Shown piece after piece: positions 12,162-25,290 of a stretch of DNA of 64,000 nt; within the stretch, counting starts at the first letter, position 1; every line of letters begins with the position of its first letter. A model generated the notes under the pieces. That model did no database searches. It was not told where the DNA came from and saw only the letters and a list, made by a program, of their open reading frames with translations. The translations under genes were made by a program, and so were the position numbers. The DNA comes from Lama guanicoe. Taxonomy: Eukaryota. The stretch is taken from assembly GCA_013239625.1 (NCBI GenBank), contig MU054001.1, forward strand, positions 3,760,167 to 3,824,166, in the 5' to 3' direction.

Positions 12162-12821
12162 TCATCAATGAGTCAAGACTTGCGGAATTTCAATGAAAGA
12201 TGAATTTGGCTAATTACACGTGTCTAGAATATATTACATATCAGTTAAAGAAAAAGATTTTTTAAAGTTAGAGATAACCAATAAGTTGATGACTACATCA
12301 ATAAATTAAGTTTGTAAAAATGTAAATGTATTACAAACACTAAATATTTCAGAAAAATCTTAAAAAAAAAAAAGAATTGTGGAATTTCCAACTAGGGCAA
12401 AGAGAGCTGAAACTACATTTATATTAATGCGATATAGTGATGCCCCTTTAGCAGATGGAAAGGAGGACCTGCTGTCCTTTGTCATTACTGTGTCACCTGA
12501 GCAATGGTCCTCTCATCACAACGTTCAACAGCGTTTGATGACAAACGTGCATTATCATTAACATGAACTGATCTTGTGATTCAAAATATATTTGAATCTT
12601 TTGACAACACTCTCCAAGCATTTGTTAGAGTGATAATGCTAGGTTTGTGCTAAAACACACCCTGCCACACACACACAAACACACATACCCACACACCCAC
12701 ACATCTAAACATCAATAACTCTGGGCTAGAGAATGGCAGGGATAAAATTATTTTGAAGACCAAATACTCACCATGATGTGTGTTTAATTTAGGAGTTTAA
12801 AATACCAGAAACATTGCTGGT

Positions 12822-13500
12822 TCCCACTCCTGGGCATATATCTGCAGGAAATTCTAATTCAAAAAGACACATGCACCCCAATGTTCATAGCAGCACTATT
12901 TACAATAGCCAAGACATGGAAACAACTTAAATGTCCATCAACATATGAATGGATAAAGAAGGCCTGGGGTGTGTGTGTGTGTGTGTGTGTGTGTGTCTGT
13001 GTGTGTCTGTGTGTGTGCACGTGCACACACAGAATGGAATACTACTCAGACATAAAAACATGAAATAATGCTATTTGCAACAACATGAACAGACCTGGAA
13101 ATCATCATACTAAGTGAAGTAAGTCAGAAAGAGAAAGAAAAATATCATGTGATATCACTTATTTGTGGAATCTACAAGAATCTACAAAAAAAAAAAAGGA
13201 CTAAATGAACTTATTTACAAAACAAAGATAGATTCATAGACATAGAAAACAAACTTATGGTTACCAGGGGGAAAAGGAGTGGGGAGGGATAAATTGGGAG
13301 TTCGGGATTTGCAGATACTAACTACTATATATAAAACAGATAAACTACAAGGTCCTACTCATAGCACAGGAATTATATTCAATACTTTGCAATAACCTAT
13401 AATGAAAAAGAATATATATGTATAACTGAATCACTATGCTGTACTGTATGCTTGAAATTAATAAAACATTGCAAATAAACATTCCAATTTTAAAAAAAGA
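12822..13500 (+). mobile_element. 5'-truncated L1 (ORF2 C-terminus plus 3'UTR) containing a (TG)n microsatellite
   Basis: Encodes MFIAALFTIAKTWKQLKCPST; has an A-rich tail; candidate TSD agaaacattgctgg / agaaacttttctgg. Confidence 0.9.
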
Positions 13501-13514
13501 AACTTTTCTGGAAA

Positions 13515-15300
13515 AAATTCAGTCTCATTATAGAGTCATGTCCTACAACTGGAGCTGACCACCAGGAAAAAGAACTATGGACAAACCCAAATTCTCAGCC
13601 TAGGCAAGTCTTCTACACCGACGTCAGGACCCTGATCAGGAAGGGGTAGGACTCTGAAACTTCGAAGAGGGTCATCTGAGTACATGCACTGGAGAACTTT
13701 GCATCCTCTGGGTCTGCAGAAGTGGCCCAGTCCCCCTGGTGAGACTACCCAGGAAGCCTTAAATGAGGCTTATAAATAAGGCAGCGCTGGTCCTTCCAGG
13801 ATCTGCTGCCCCCTCCCCTCCTGGCCACCAGAAAATTTCCAGGGGCAAATCTCAGCTTGAGTCAACTGTGCTAGGCTTGCAAAGGGATCAGAGGGTAGAA
13901 AAGCCAAAGGAGGCGCAGGACCCCGTGAACTTGTACCGTGTACCAGCAGGACCAGCAGACTGTGCCCACCTGTGGGTCCTGAGGATGCTGGGGAGAACAC
14001 ACAGAATATACTGCTGGATAAGGGAGCCTCCTCCTTTGATACAGGATTTAACTCTCAGGAAATGGGTCCAAAGACACAGCTGAGATGGCTCTCAAAAGCC
14101 TGGAAAAAGTGATGGCTCACATTAAATGAAGTAGAGATGCCAGAACTATCCTTGCGGATGGTGGGGGAAAGGCTCAACCAAGTCGTAGCTGAATTGCAGT
14201 TTCTGTACCAAACAGGGTATAATAACTAGGGCGGCTTTCCACAGCCTCAGGGAGATGGTCTGTAGTTTCTGATCTAGCAAACATGCTGGTTTCCTGGGGC
14301 TGCCCTCACAGATGACCGCAAATATGGCATTCTCAAATGACACAAATGTACTCTCTCCCAGTTCTGGAGGACAGAATCTGAAACCAAAGTGTCAACAGGG
14401 CTATGCTCCCTCAAAAAGCTCCAAGGGAGAAGGCTTCCCTGCCTCTTCCGGCTTCTGGTGGTTGCCAGCAATCTTTGGCTTGGAGACACATCACTCCAAT
14501 CTCCACCTCCATCTTCACATCACTTTCTCCCTGTGTGTCTTCCCTTCTCTTCTCAGGACACTTACCACTGGATTTAGTCCAAGAGGATCTTATCTTGAAA
14601 CCTTAATTACATCAGCTAAGACCCTTAATCCAAATGAAGTCATGTTTATTGGTTCCAAATGGACATATCTTTGGGGGGGGGCACCTCTGAACCCATGACA
14701 CTAACCCATCACAAAAAAGGATCAGAGCTGTTTGCATTTCTATGCAATGGGAAACAGCACACATTAATAACCTGGCCCTGGAATATCATAATTCTGATTT
14801 CTGTCATAATATAGTTTGAAGTGACCTAAACCATCTGGATACTTCCCAGAACCCAACATTAGTTCCCTGTCTCAATGACATTGTATCAATTGGATCAGAT
14901 GAGAAAGAAGAGGCAAGTCTTCTGGATGCTTCATAGGATACACGCTCTCCAAAGGATGAGAAGGAAAGGATTCAGAGGTATGCATCAGCAAGGTTTTTAA
15001 GAACCAGGTTATCTGGAGCAGTGAAACATTCTTTCCAAAGTAAAGGATGGGGGATGGCACCGTGCACCTCCTACCACTGAGAAAGAAGCCCAGTGCTCGG
15101 TGGACCTGTTTGGATTTTGGAGGCAGCAGACTCCCACACTCGGGGAGATGCTCCCAACTACCCATTGGCTCATGTGGAAGGATGCTGGTCTTAAGTGAGG
15201 TTGAAGGCAAGAAGGACTCTCCAGCAAGTCCACGCTGTGCTACACATCTGGCAGCCTGGACCATATGACTTGATGGGCCCCCTGGTGCTGACATGAGAAA
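13515..15300 (+). mobile_element. Degenerate ERV-L-class internal region (gag/pol remnants) interrupted by an MLT1 LTR
   Basis: 14720-14900 follows the ERV-L RT pattern FAF...Q.T...L..GY.NS...CHNIV..DL.HL...LV..(I)DDI in degenerate form. Confidence 0.65.
14285..14700 (-). mobile_element. MaLR LTR (MLT1A-C-like)
   Basis: tctctcccagttctggaggacagaatctgaaaccaaagtgtcaacagggc...ccttaattacatc...aacccatgaca. Confidence 0.85.
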
Positions 15301-16960
15301 CAAAAGAAGGACCTCAAATTAATGACCTCAGCTTCTACCTTTAAAAGATACTAGAAAAGGAGAGTCAATTAAATCAAAGTAGAGGAAAGGAAATAATAAA
15401 GACTAAGGCAGAAACCAATACAACAGAAAATAGAAAGAAAACAATTTTTAAAAATCAAAGAAACACAAATCTGGTTCTTTAAAAAGATCCATAAAACCAA
15501 TAAACCTCTAGGCAGAATGATCAGGAAAAAAGCAACTACTAATTACTAATATTAAGAATGAAAGCAGGTACCTAACCATAGAGTCTATGGAAATTAAACT
15601 GATAAACTAATATTAAGAGGGAATTTATGTTAATAAAGTTGATAACTTAGATGAAAAGGACAAACGCCTTGAAAGACACAAACTACCAAAGCAAGTTATT
15701 TGAAAAGAAATAGATAATATTCCATTAAAAATTTGATTCATAGCTTTAAATCTTCCCATAAACAAAAGTCCAGGCTCAGGTGGCTTCACTGGTGAATTCT
15801 GCTAAATATTTAAGGAAGAAATAATACTCCTCCAGAAAAGAGAATAGATAATACTCCCCATTTTCTGAAGCCAGAAGAAACACAGGAGAAATGTTTGTGA
15901 TCTGGGTTTAGACAAATACTTTTTAATAGGATAGAAAAAGCTCGAACCATAAGAGGAACAATTAGATTTCATAAAAAAAAAAAAAACTCGGCTCTACAAA
16001 GGATAGTGTTAAGAAAAATGAAAAGATAGGCCACAAACTGGGAAATATTTGCAAAACATTTGTCTGATTGAGATAGACGTTCTCAATGAAGGTAACATTA
16101 CCCTCAAGGGGGCAAAAATTGGTTCTGGGGGGACTAAAAAATGTTTTAAATATTATAAAAGTGTGTGTGTCCCTCCAAAGAGCAATAGTACATAAACAGA
16201 TAAACAATATATCCATGGCATTAAGTTTCATTTGGTGGTGGGGAACAGTGTAGGCATTAGGGGAAAATGTCCCAAAAGGCCTGTGGGGGAAGGGGGTAGA
16301 GGATAATATTTTTTAAATATATTGCAAAACACTGGATAAAATTTTGGATCTAGACTACATAAAACCTCTCTTACAACTCAATAATAAGACAAAGAATCCA
16401 ATAAAAAGAAATTGGGCAATAATCAGAATGGATACTATATTAAGAAAGATACACGGACGGCAAATAAGTACATGAAAAGATGCTCAAAATTATTAGCCGT
16501 TAAAGAAATGCAAATTCAAACCACAGCAAGATACCCTTACAAGCACAGATGTTAAGAAGACTGACCATCCAAGTGACGGTGAAAGCGGGGAAGGCCTGGA
16601 ACTCTCCGGGGAGACATTCCGCCAGCCTTTGATAAAGTCATGACGTAACTCACCTTCTGATTCAGCAATTCCACCCCTGGGTGGAAACGGAAAACGTATA
16701 AGTCCGCACAAGGTCCTATATTGCAGTGTTTGTGGCAGCATTAATGTCAGACGAAACTAGAAACAACCCAAATATCTATTAACCAAGGAATGGATGTGAT
16801 GAAATACTGATTAGCAATAAAAAGAATGAATCACCGGTAAGTACAACGACACAAATGAATCTCAAAATCACCGTGGTGGGTGAAAGAAGCCAGACTCACT
16901 GTGTGTGACTTCGTTTACATGATATCCAAGAAAAGGCAAAACTGTAAGAACAGAAAGCCA
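15300..16960 (+). mobile_element. Old L1M ORF2/3' fragments with a nested hAT-Charlie-like element (~16075-16335)
   Basis: L1 motifs aacttagatgaaaaggacaaa, ccaggctcaggtggcttcactggtgaattct and catgaaaagatgctcaa; nested TIR-like ends gttctcaa / ttgcaaaacactg. Confidence 0.8.
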
Positions 16961-17389
16961 GAACCTGCTTTTTCACCAGACCCCAGACCACTCCTACGCA
17001 CAGTAACCCTTGAGAAGCTTCTGGTCTGGTCACAGGTTGAGCTGGATGGTGACTGAGGATCCACTATGGATGTCCTCAAACCTGGTTTTTCTGCCAGTGT
17101 TCCTGTATATGAATTAAATATTGTTCAACCCATGAAATTCGTGAAATTTGAGCGGGAACAATTTTTTTCAAGTAATTTGTATCTAATTTGAAGACTCTAA
17201 GATGGTAACTTGCTTTGAACATTGTTGTGGCCATAGGTGTGGGCAAGTCAACAGTTAAAAAATTAAGAGAAAACATTATAGAAATCTAGGTGTATGTATT
17301 CAGATTGCTCCACAAGTGTCTTTAAGTCTCACTGCACCTTTAGAAACTGAAATCGATGTAGCCAACCATACATCACAGCCGTGACTTAA

Positions 17390-17670
17390 AGGGGAGGGGA
17401 AGGATAAGTTAAGAGCTTGGGATTAGCAGATACAAACTACTATATATATAACAGATAAACAACAAGGCCCTACTGTACAGCACAGGGAACTACATTCAAT
17501 ACCTTGTAATGGCCTATAATGAAAAAAAAAAGGAAAAGTCCATATTCTTTCCACTCATATATAAATGTATAACTGAATCACTATGCTGTACACTTGAAAC
17601 TAACACAACATTGTAAACCAACTATACTTCAATTTAAAGAATAATAATAATACAATTATGAAAATTTAAA
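17390..17670 (+). mobile_element. 5'-truncated L1 3'UTR
   Basis: gggattagcagatacaaactactatatata...ctgtacagcacagggaact...aactgaatcactatgctgtacac; same family as 13200-13500. Confidence 0.85.
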
Positions 17671-18227
17671 AAACACAAGGAAGACAGTTGTAACCACTGT
17701 AAGATTCACCCGTTCCGGCCCTTCCAAGAGGATTCAGCGGTGGAATTTCAGGCTCTGTGGCTGACTCCAAGGAACTCTTTGGGGCCAGGCGCCAAGGGCT
17801 CCGATCCACCCAGCCCTGGCGCTTTCCAGCAGCACCCCTCACCCAGGACAGCAGCCTCACTTTGGGGGACCCCAGGCTTCAGGGCTTCAGCCTCCTCCTT
17901 TTCTTCTCAACCCCTGCTTGCTTCCTCTCCTTCCCACCAACTTCCTAAACTGCCCCACACCCCTTAGCCTCCTGCCAAAGGTACGGTCTTTTGGGTTCTT
18001 TCGGGTTCTTTTGGGTTCTCCCACAAGGACCCTCTGGCTCTGACGTAGCGGACAGGAAACCCAGGGAGGCTTGGCAGAAGATGGGGCCCAGGACTCAGGG
18101 AGCTATGAAGGGACCAAAAACCACACCATCCTTTACAGACCTCTGCTGTGAGCCTCAAAGCCTGTCTGCTCTGCAGCTTTTGCATCGTGGTCTCAACAAC
18201 TGTCAGGTCAACGAGGCCGTTGCCAGT

Positions 18228-18672
18228 GTCAGCTTCCTAGGGCTGCCCTCACGCACTGCCACAAACGTCGGGGCTTAAAACGTCCGAAGTGTATTCTCGC
18301 ACAGTTTTGGAGGCCAGGAGTCTGAAGTCAAGGTGTCGGCCGGGCCTCACTCCTTCTGAGGCTCTGAGGGAGAATCATTCCCTGTCTTTTCTGGCTTGTG
18401 GTGGCAGCCAGCATTCCCGGGCTGTGGGCTCGTCACTCTGATCTGTCTCCTTCTCCATCTCCCTTCTCCCTTGTGTGACTCTGTGTGTCTTCTCCCTTTT
18501 TTTTTTTTTTTAACAAGGACACCCACTGTATCCAGGGCCTGCTCCAGTGCAGGATAACCTCACCTGGAGAGCCCTACCTCTGTTTACATCTACAAAGACT
18601 CTTTCCAGATAGGGTCACATTCTGAGGCTCAGTGTGGGTATATCTTTTGGGGGGCATTATTCAACCGCTACA
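18228..18672 (-). mobile_element. MaLR LTR (MLT1-type)
   Basis: ggcttaaaac...tattctcgcacagttttggaggccaggagtctgaagtcaaggtgtcggc...gtcacattctgagg...attcaacc. Confidence 0.85.
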
Positions 18673-20160
18673 TCCAGGCTCTACTCTTAGTCAATGAACT
18701 TAGAGACATCAGTGCCTCTGTCTTGTTTCCAGTCCTCCCTCCACAGCCATTCAGGAAGAATCTCTACTTGATACTAACACCCAGAGTCCAAGTCATTAGG
18801 AAATCAAAAACAAACCAAAAACTAAGATTCTAATTTCTTGAGAGCAGAAAGGGCCTGGTGAGAGCAGAAAGGGCCTGGTCTTTAAAAAAAATCCAGCTGC
18901 TGGATCTCCAGTCCCTGAAGTAGAGGGAAGACATTTCCCTTCAACCTTGGGGAAAGTCTACCCTCCCCACAAGCCACCCCAGGAGCAGGTCACAGGCGTT
19001 CTTCACAGACAAAACAGATTGTGCACGCTCTACAATGCAAGTCCTGGAGTCCAGCCCACACAAAGGAGAGGGGACACTCCATCTCTAGAGGTGACAGCAG
19101 CCATATACATTGTCATTTTCTGAAAGAGAGATATGTCCCTTTCCCCCATTTTAAATTTATTCCATCATTTATTTATATCATTACAGATTGATGGGTATTT
19201 ATTTTATTCTTTGTGTTATAATCCAATACTATAGCTATGTATTTTGTCACCCAAATTATCCCAGCTTTGATTAGAATTTTTAACATTTCATATGATAAAA
19301 CCTACAGCCATTTAAGGAGGCTGTGATCAAGGCTAAGTTTGCTTGAGATCATCAGAAATTATTCCCAGGCCTCAAGCTTCCAGACCAGACACCAGAAGAG
19401 AAAGGATTGGGGAGTGATGACCCCTAGAGAGAGACCAGGGTTCAAATCCCAGCTCTGCCACTTATGAGCTGTGCAGCTCTGGGGGAGGGGTCAACCTCTC
19501 TGTGCCTCAGGTGAAACATCCCCAAAATGGGACGGTTATGATAAAAAATAATACTTCCTACCCCCAATTTTTGTGAGAATCAATGACAACATTATCTGGA
19601 AACATTCAGAACGTAGCTTCACATCCAGAGAGCATCCAGTAACCGTCAGCCAAGCTTGTCACGGGCACGGGACGGGCGGCGGGGGCTGGGCAGGGCTGGG
19701 GTTCCTGCACACTCATCTCCCCCCATCAGTCCTGGTTCTCTTCATGAGCAGGCAGAGGGCCCCCCACACCCAGGAGGAAAGGAAGAGCCTGGCAAAGAGA
19801 GAAGAGGCAGGAGGCCTGACTTCTGGAGCAGCCCACCTGTGGCCCCACCACGGGAGCCAGCTGTGTCACCCTCTGGGTCCGAGTCTTCTCATCCGTGGGG
19901 ACGGGCTCAGGAAGCTGTGCTGCCTTTCTCAGTGATGGACATGTAAGAGCTCTGGAAACCGCCGAACTAGGAGGGGCCTGACAAAGCTGCGAGTGGTTGA
20001 TTCTCAAAGCTGTCTCCCCAGGCAGGGGGTCCAGATGCTCTTCCTACCCTGGACGCCCTGCTCTGTTCAAGGGGTCCCCTTTCAGGCTTCAGCCAGTTCT
20101 AAAGACCCCCACCTGCCTGCCTCCTCTGCTCTGCCCCCAATGTCCCAAGCAGAAGCCAAA

Positions 20161-20442
20161 TTGAGAGACACAGACGTAGAAAACAAACCTATGGTTACTA
20201 TGGGGAAAGGGGGCAGGAAGGGACAAATTGGGAGTTTGAGATTTGTATATGTTAACCTCTCTATATAAAATAAATGACAACTTTCTTTTGTACAGCACAG
20301 GGAACTATATTCAGTATCTCAGAGGAACCTATGTTGAAAAGAATATGAAAAGGAATATATGTATGTACATGTATGAGAGAAACATTATGCTGTACAGCAG
20401 GAATTGACACAACATTGTAAATTGACTATACTTCAATTTTTA
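20161..20442 (+). mobile_element. 5'-truncated L1 3'UTR with target-site duplication
   Basis: L1 3'UTR motifs, flanked by agaagccaaa (20151-20160) and agaagtcaaa (20443-20452). Confidence 0.85.
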
Positions 20443-21709
20443 AGAAGTCAAAAATAAATAAAGCATATTTCTCCTAGGTCATTAGTTAAGTGAGAAAGCC
20501 CATCCCCCACACCTAATTCACTGGCCTGTGGTTTGTGTCTGTCAGGCCAGAGTGACAGAAGCAGGACAGTGCCTCATGCCCTTCCCCTGAGTATTAAGTA
20601 GCTGGGAGCCCATTTCACAGCCCTGGAAACTGAGGCCAAAGTGAACAGCCCAAGTCAACAGGGGAAATAAGTTTCCAATTAAGGACACACCCCGGGTCTA
20701 GACCTCTCCTAGGAAGTCCACCTTGACCACCACCCCACTGCAGCCATCATCTCTCTGGGCTGGGGGAGTAGCAGGAGGTGGCTGGAATGAACCACCTCTT
20801 TTCTCCCCTCCACATCTGCTCTTCCCACCCTGATCTTGTTCCCTTGGGAGTTAGCTTGGAACATCCACACAGCCCCCTCCAGAAATCCAAACCTTTCTTC
20901 CAGGTTCCCCACACCACCTCCCGCAGGAAGTTCTATGGACCAGATGAAAACCCCAGAGAGGGAACCTGAGTTTGAACTCTGACTCCGCATCGCTCAGAGG
21001 AGACATCTTGGGTGAATTACCGATTTCGTGACATGGAGGTACCAATGCCCACCTCACGGGAAAGTCACAAAAACCAGCTGAATGTCTGTAAAGCACTTGC
21101 CTTGGGAAACGTTTAGGAAGTGGTAGATGGTCCTCTCTGGTCTCCGCCCAGCAGAACTTGCAGAGTAGCACAGTCTCGTCCTGCATCATCCAACCCCCAG
21201 GCATTCAGCAAGTCCTCGTGGAGTTCCTGTTATGAGTCAGAATCCAGGAACCCAGTGCTAAGTGAAAAGCAACAGGGCAGCTTCCACGGAGCTTGCAAGG
21301 AGCCATCAGAGTGTCACATGGATGTACAATGACAGCTGGGATGGGCACCATGTTGCCCTGAGAGCCCCTACTTGGGGAACTTGATGGGAGCCTTGGGGGT
21401 CTAGTGAGGCTCCCCCCAAGCCAGTGATGCTTAAGTGAACCTGGAGGGGTCACCAGGGATGAGCAGGTGGGGACCAGCCCAACGGCCAGCATCGCAGCTC
21501 CCGGTGGAAGCCCAGCATCCCTGCAAGGGAGGTGGAGGGCAGAAGGGCCGGTGGGCCAGGTGAGCTCAGGGACATGGGTGACTGAGGGAGCCGGGAAGCT
21601 CTGTGCTCAGGTTGGGAAGAGAGAAGCCATCCAGAGGTGAGCAGCCTCTTGCGTCCAGATCATTGTACCCCTGTCCACCCCAGCCGCCAGAGGGGAGTCC
21701 CCATGCTCC

Positions 21710-22370
21710 CTATTCATTACCTGACATACCTAATTGCCTGGTGACATTTCCCATATTATAGACAAATGTGAATTATGGGCCCAGCTGTTCCCCTTCTCCT
21801 CACCAAGAATCGGTTGATAAATATGTTTATTCGAGGTCAGCCCGGCCTCATCCATTAGAAATATTGTTTTTCTAAACATTACATTGATTTAATTTAACTC
21901 TAATCAATTTAAAATGGTTCTGACAATTAACAAAAGCTTCAAATATGACCTTAAAGTAATAGGATTCATTAGCTATGTTTAGGATTAAACTTACCCTAAT
22001 AGGGCAATTTTTCTTCCGAGGGTATTTGGTAAGCGACTAGTGGTCAGTCAAAATGAAATCAATTATTATAAATTATACAGTGAAAGTTGATTATGTATCC
22101 CCTGCTAATTTGTATAAATAAGGGTCTCTGACAATGGGAGTAATTTATTAATAACTATCTCTACCCCAGCCCGGTATCACACTTCATGTAACAGCTGCCA
22201 GGGCATCTGTAACCCATGAAGTATTATTTTCCAGGGCTGCTCGCGATGTATGCTAATTAAACCCATAATTAATTGGAACAGTTATAGTTAAGACACAATG
22301 CTGGCGCCCTTTGCCCTATTATTCATGACAGTCAACTCATTCAAAAGGCAATCTGATCAAAAATTCATAT
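21710..22370. promoter_or_regulatory. Probable highly conserved non-coding element (homeodomain-site-rich enhancer)
   Basis: Abrupt ~650-bp AT-rich, non-repeat island inside GC-rich flanks, packed with TAAT/TAATTA, TGATTTA, AATCAAT and TGACA motifs. Confidence 0.65.
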
Positions 22371-23304
22371 GCTAGCTCGGGCGCCCCGAAAGGCAGGCGA
22401 CCGTACTACAAAGGGGGCCTGTGCTGTGACAGCTGGTGTGCCGGGTGGGGAGCGAGGAGCCTCGGTCAGAATGCCAGCCCCGAGAGCGTCTGGGCTTCCC
22501 ACCCTGCCACCACCAGCCAACGCCCTGCGCAGAAGGACCCAAGTCTCAGCGTGGCTGGGTGGAGGGGCTGGGACAGAACATCGAGGCCAGACCTCACGAA
22601 CTGGTGGTCCACAGGGTGTTTAAAAAAGAACCCAAAACTCAGTTTCTTGCCAGAATTTTACAACTCTGGGAAATCTCACCTCTCTTGGAAATTCCTGACT
22701 TTGAAAAATCACAGTCCTCCGGGACTGCTTCTGCCACTCTTTTTATCACATCAACGCCTTTCCTTCACTTTCGTTACCTGACTGGTCCCTGTAGGCAGTG
22801 AGCTTGAGAGCTAAGGTCTAGGACACCTCCCCATTTTATAGATGGAGAAACTGAGTCCCAGAGAGACAGTCTCATCAAGGAGCTCCAAGCAGTCCAGGTG
22901 TGCCTGGTTTCATGAGCATCCAGGTGGAGCTGGGGGCCTGAGAGGAGGTTGGATGTCTGCAGGTGGAAACCACAGACTGAGTCCCACTAATCCCAGATTC
23001 TTTGGGATGGGCTGGCGAAGGGTGGTGGACATTCTTCCCAACCCCGACATGGGCTCTCTGAGGAGTGCAGCTGAAGGAGGGGACCGGACCAGAAACGTCC
23101 TAACAACTAAAATGGCATGGGCACAAAAGAACGTTCAGCTTGGAATGCCTGTGAAAATATCCGTCATGTGAACCATTCAGTCCTCTAGGGGACTGGCATG
23201 CCTCCGGCCGGGGGGATGAATGCTGAGCAAGCAGGGATGATACAGCTTTCGCCCTCTGGTCGGCCTCCTACTGGAGCTGACAGATGAGTGTAAAGCATTG
23301 GGGA

Positions 23305-23442
23305 AGGGGGGTTATAGCTCAGTGGTAGGCTGCATGCTTAGCATGCATAAGGTCTAGGGTTCAATCCCCAGTCCCTCCATTAAATAAATAAATAAACCTA
23401 ATTATTAATAAACCTAGTTACCCACCCACCCCCCAAAAAACA
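23305..23442 (+). mobile_element. tRNA-derived SINE (camelid Vic-1-like) with 14-bp TSD
   Basis: A-box tatagctcagtggtag, B-box gggttcaatcccc, (taaa)n tail; TSD taaagcattgggga (23291-23304) / taaagcactgggga (23443-23456). Confidence 0.85.
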
Positions 23443-24174
23443 TAAAGCACTGGGGAGATTGGGGAAATCTCAGGAGTCTTGGGGGCAGTCCCCTCGGGGA
23501 GAAGGGCAGACTGGAGCCCTAGAGGTGAGCTGGGCCTTCTTCTGCACTCAGGCGGGTGAGCGTAGCATTTCTCCCTCCTGTGTCAGCCTGAGGCAGGCAG
23601 TGGCAATTTGGTGAGGATAAGCGGTAGGGATGCAGCAGGTCTGAAGCCCCAAAGGCCTTGTTGGTGGGAAGCTTCAGGTGACTGGTCAGGAGCTAGAGAC
23701 CAATGTCTGAGGCCACTCAGGAATTCTGACAGCCCCAGAGGTCCAAGGAAAGTCAGCCTCTGGGACACCCCACACCCTGCAACTTAGGGAAAGGCCACAT
23801 GCATCCCAAGGGCGGGTCTGCCTCCACCCAGGAAAGCCTGCAGGACTGGGGACCCAGCACAGCCCCAGCCGGCTGCTCCCCATCCAGCTGTTTCCCACTA
23901 CTCAGCTTAGCAAACAGTGCCCCACGTCGGGGGAAGGCCTGGCCCGGTCTGGGGTCCAGGCCAGCTCTGCTCTACGAGGCGGCCTGCCCCTGGACACCGC
24001 CCTTCCTTCACAGCCTGCAGGGGCTCCGACTATAAAAATGAAAGGTTGGACTCAGCGGCTCCAATAACCCAGGTCCCTGAGGTTAACGGTACTGCAGACA
24101 AGACCTGCTTACCGACTTCACCTTCTGGAGAGTTTTCTCATCCTGGGCTGGGCCTGGGTTTTAAAGAAACAGAG

Positions 24175-24177
<3 letters not shown>

Positions 24178-24267
<90 letters not shown>
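24178..24267 (+). repeat. Perfect (AC)n microsatellite, ~45 units
   Basis: Read directly from the sequence. Confidence 0.98.
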
Positions 24268-24269
<2 letters not shown>

Positions 24270-24759
24270 CTGCCACCTTGAGCTGGGGGTGACTCATCAG
24301 TCACTGAACTTTAACGAAAAAGGAGAGTTTGTCCAAACTCATCAAAGTGGGTACTTAAAATACTCTATGTAAATTATACCTCAGTGAAGCTGGGGCTGAG
24401 GGGTAAACTGAGGCACGTGAATTTTTTTTTTTTCATAAGTTTATTTGAGCATTGGAATCAGTACCAAACCAAAAGTTGGATTAGGAACTGGGGAGAGGTT
24501 TCTACAGAGAAGCCGTGGAAGCAAAGCAAGGAAATGATTTGATTGGCGACAGCCGCAGCTGGCGCCTGGTTTGGGAAAGTCTCATTGGCTGTTTGCGGTC
24601 GGCGGGCCTTCACTCCTTGGATTGGAACGCATGACCGTGGCTTAGATTTTGGTTGGGTACCAAGGCAAGAAAGCCGCCCCAGTCCAATGTCCTCCTTGCT
24701 TAATTACTTTTACACTGTTTTGTTCTGTTTTGTTTTGTTTAAAGGAGGGAGTGGAAATC

Positions 24760-25290
24760 GGAGAACCGCTCTGGAAACAGGGTGGCAGTGTCTGCTGAAG
24801 TTAAACTCACACCTCTCCTTCGACCCAGCAGGTTCGTTCCTAGGTGTTCCCAGGAGAAAGGCTTACGAGCACACACTAAAAACACACTCCAGAAGGCGCA
24901 CACCAGCATTATGCATAACAGCCCAAACTGGAAACAGCCCGAACGTCCATCAGCAGAACCAATAAACAAATCACTGTGTATTTACGTAAAGGGCACGACA
25001 GAGCCATGAACTAGAACCACTGATATACACAAGTGAGCGAAAATCACACACACACCACTGAGCGTACAGGATCCTGTCTCCCTTTACAAGGAGTCCCAAA
25101 GCTGGCAAAAGGAGCCATGGTGACATAAGTCAAAATAGTGGTTATTGCTGGGGGAGGGAGAGGAACTGACCTGACTGGGAGGAACAACAGGAGCGTGACC
25201 AGGTGCTGGAAAAAGCCCCCGAGGTTGCCCAGAAGGCTGTACGGATGCGTGAATGAAGTTTGTGGAGATCTTCTCAAAAGACAGGTGCTC
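24760..25290 (+). mobile_element. Old L1M 3' fragment
   Basis: ctggaaacagggtggcagt...ataacagcccaaactggaaacagcccgaacgtccatcagcagaa. Confidence 0.7.

Noticed and set aside
23305..23380. tRNA-like sequence (also at 34945-35026)
   Set aside because: It has a SINE tail and TSD and lacks a proper acceptor stem, so it is a tRNA-derived SINE rather than a tRNA gene.
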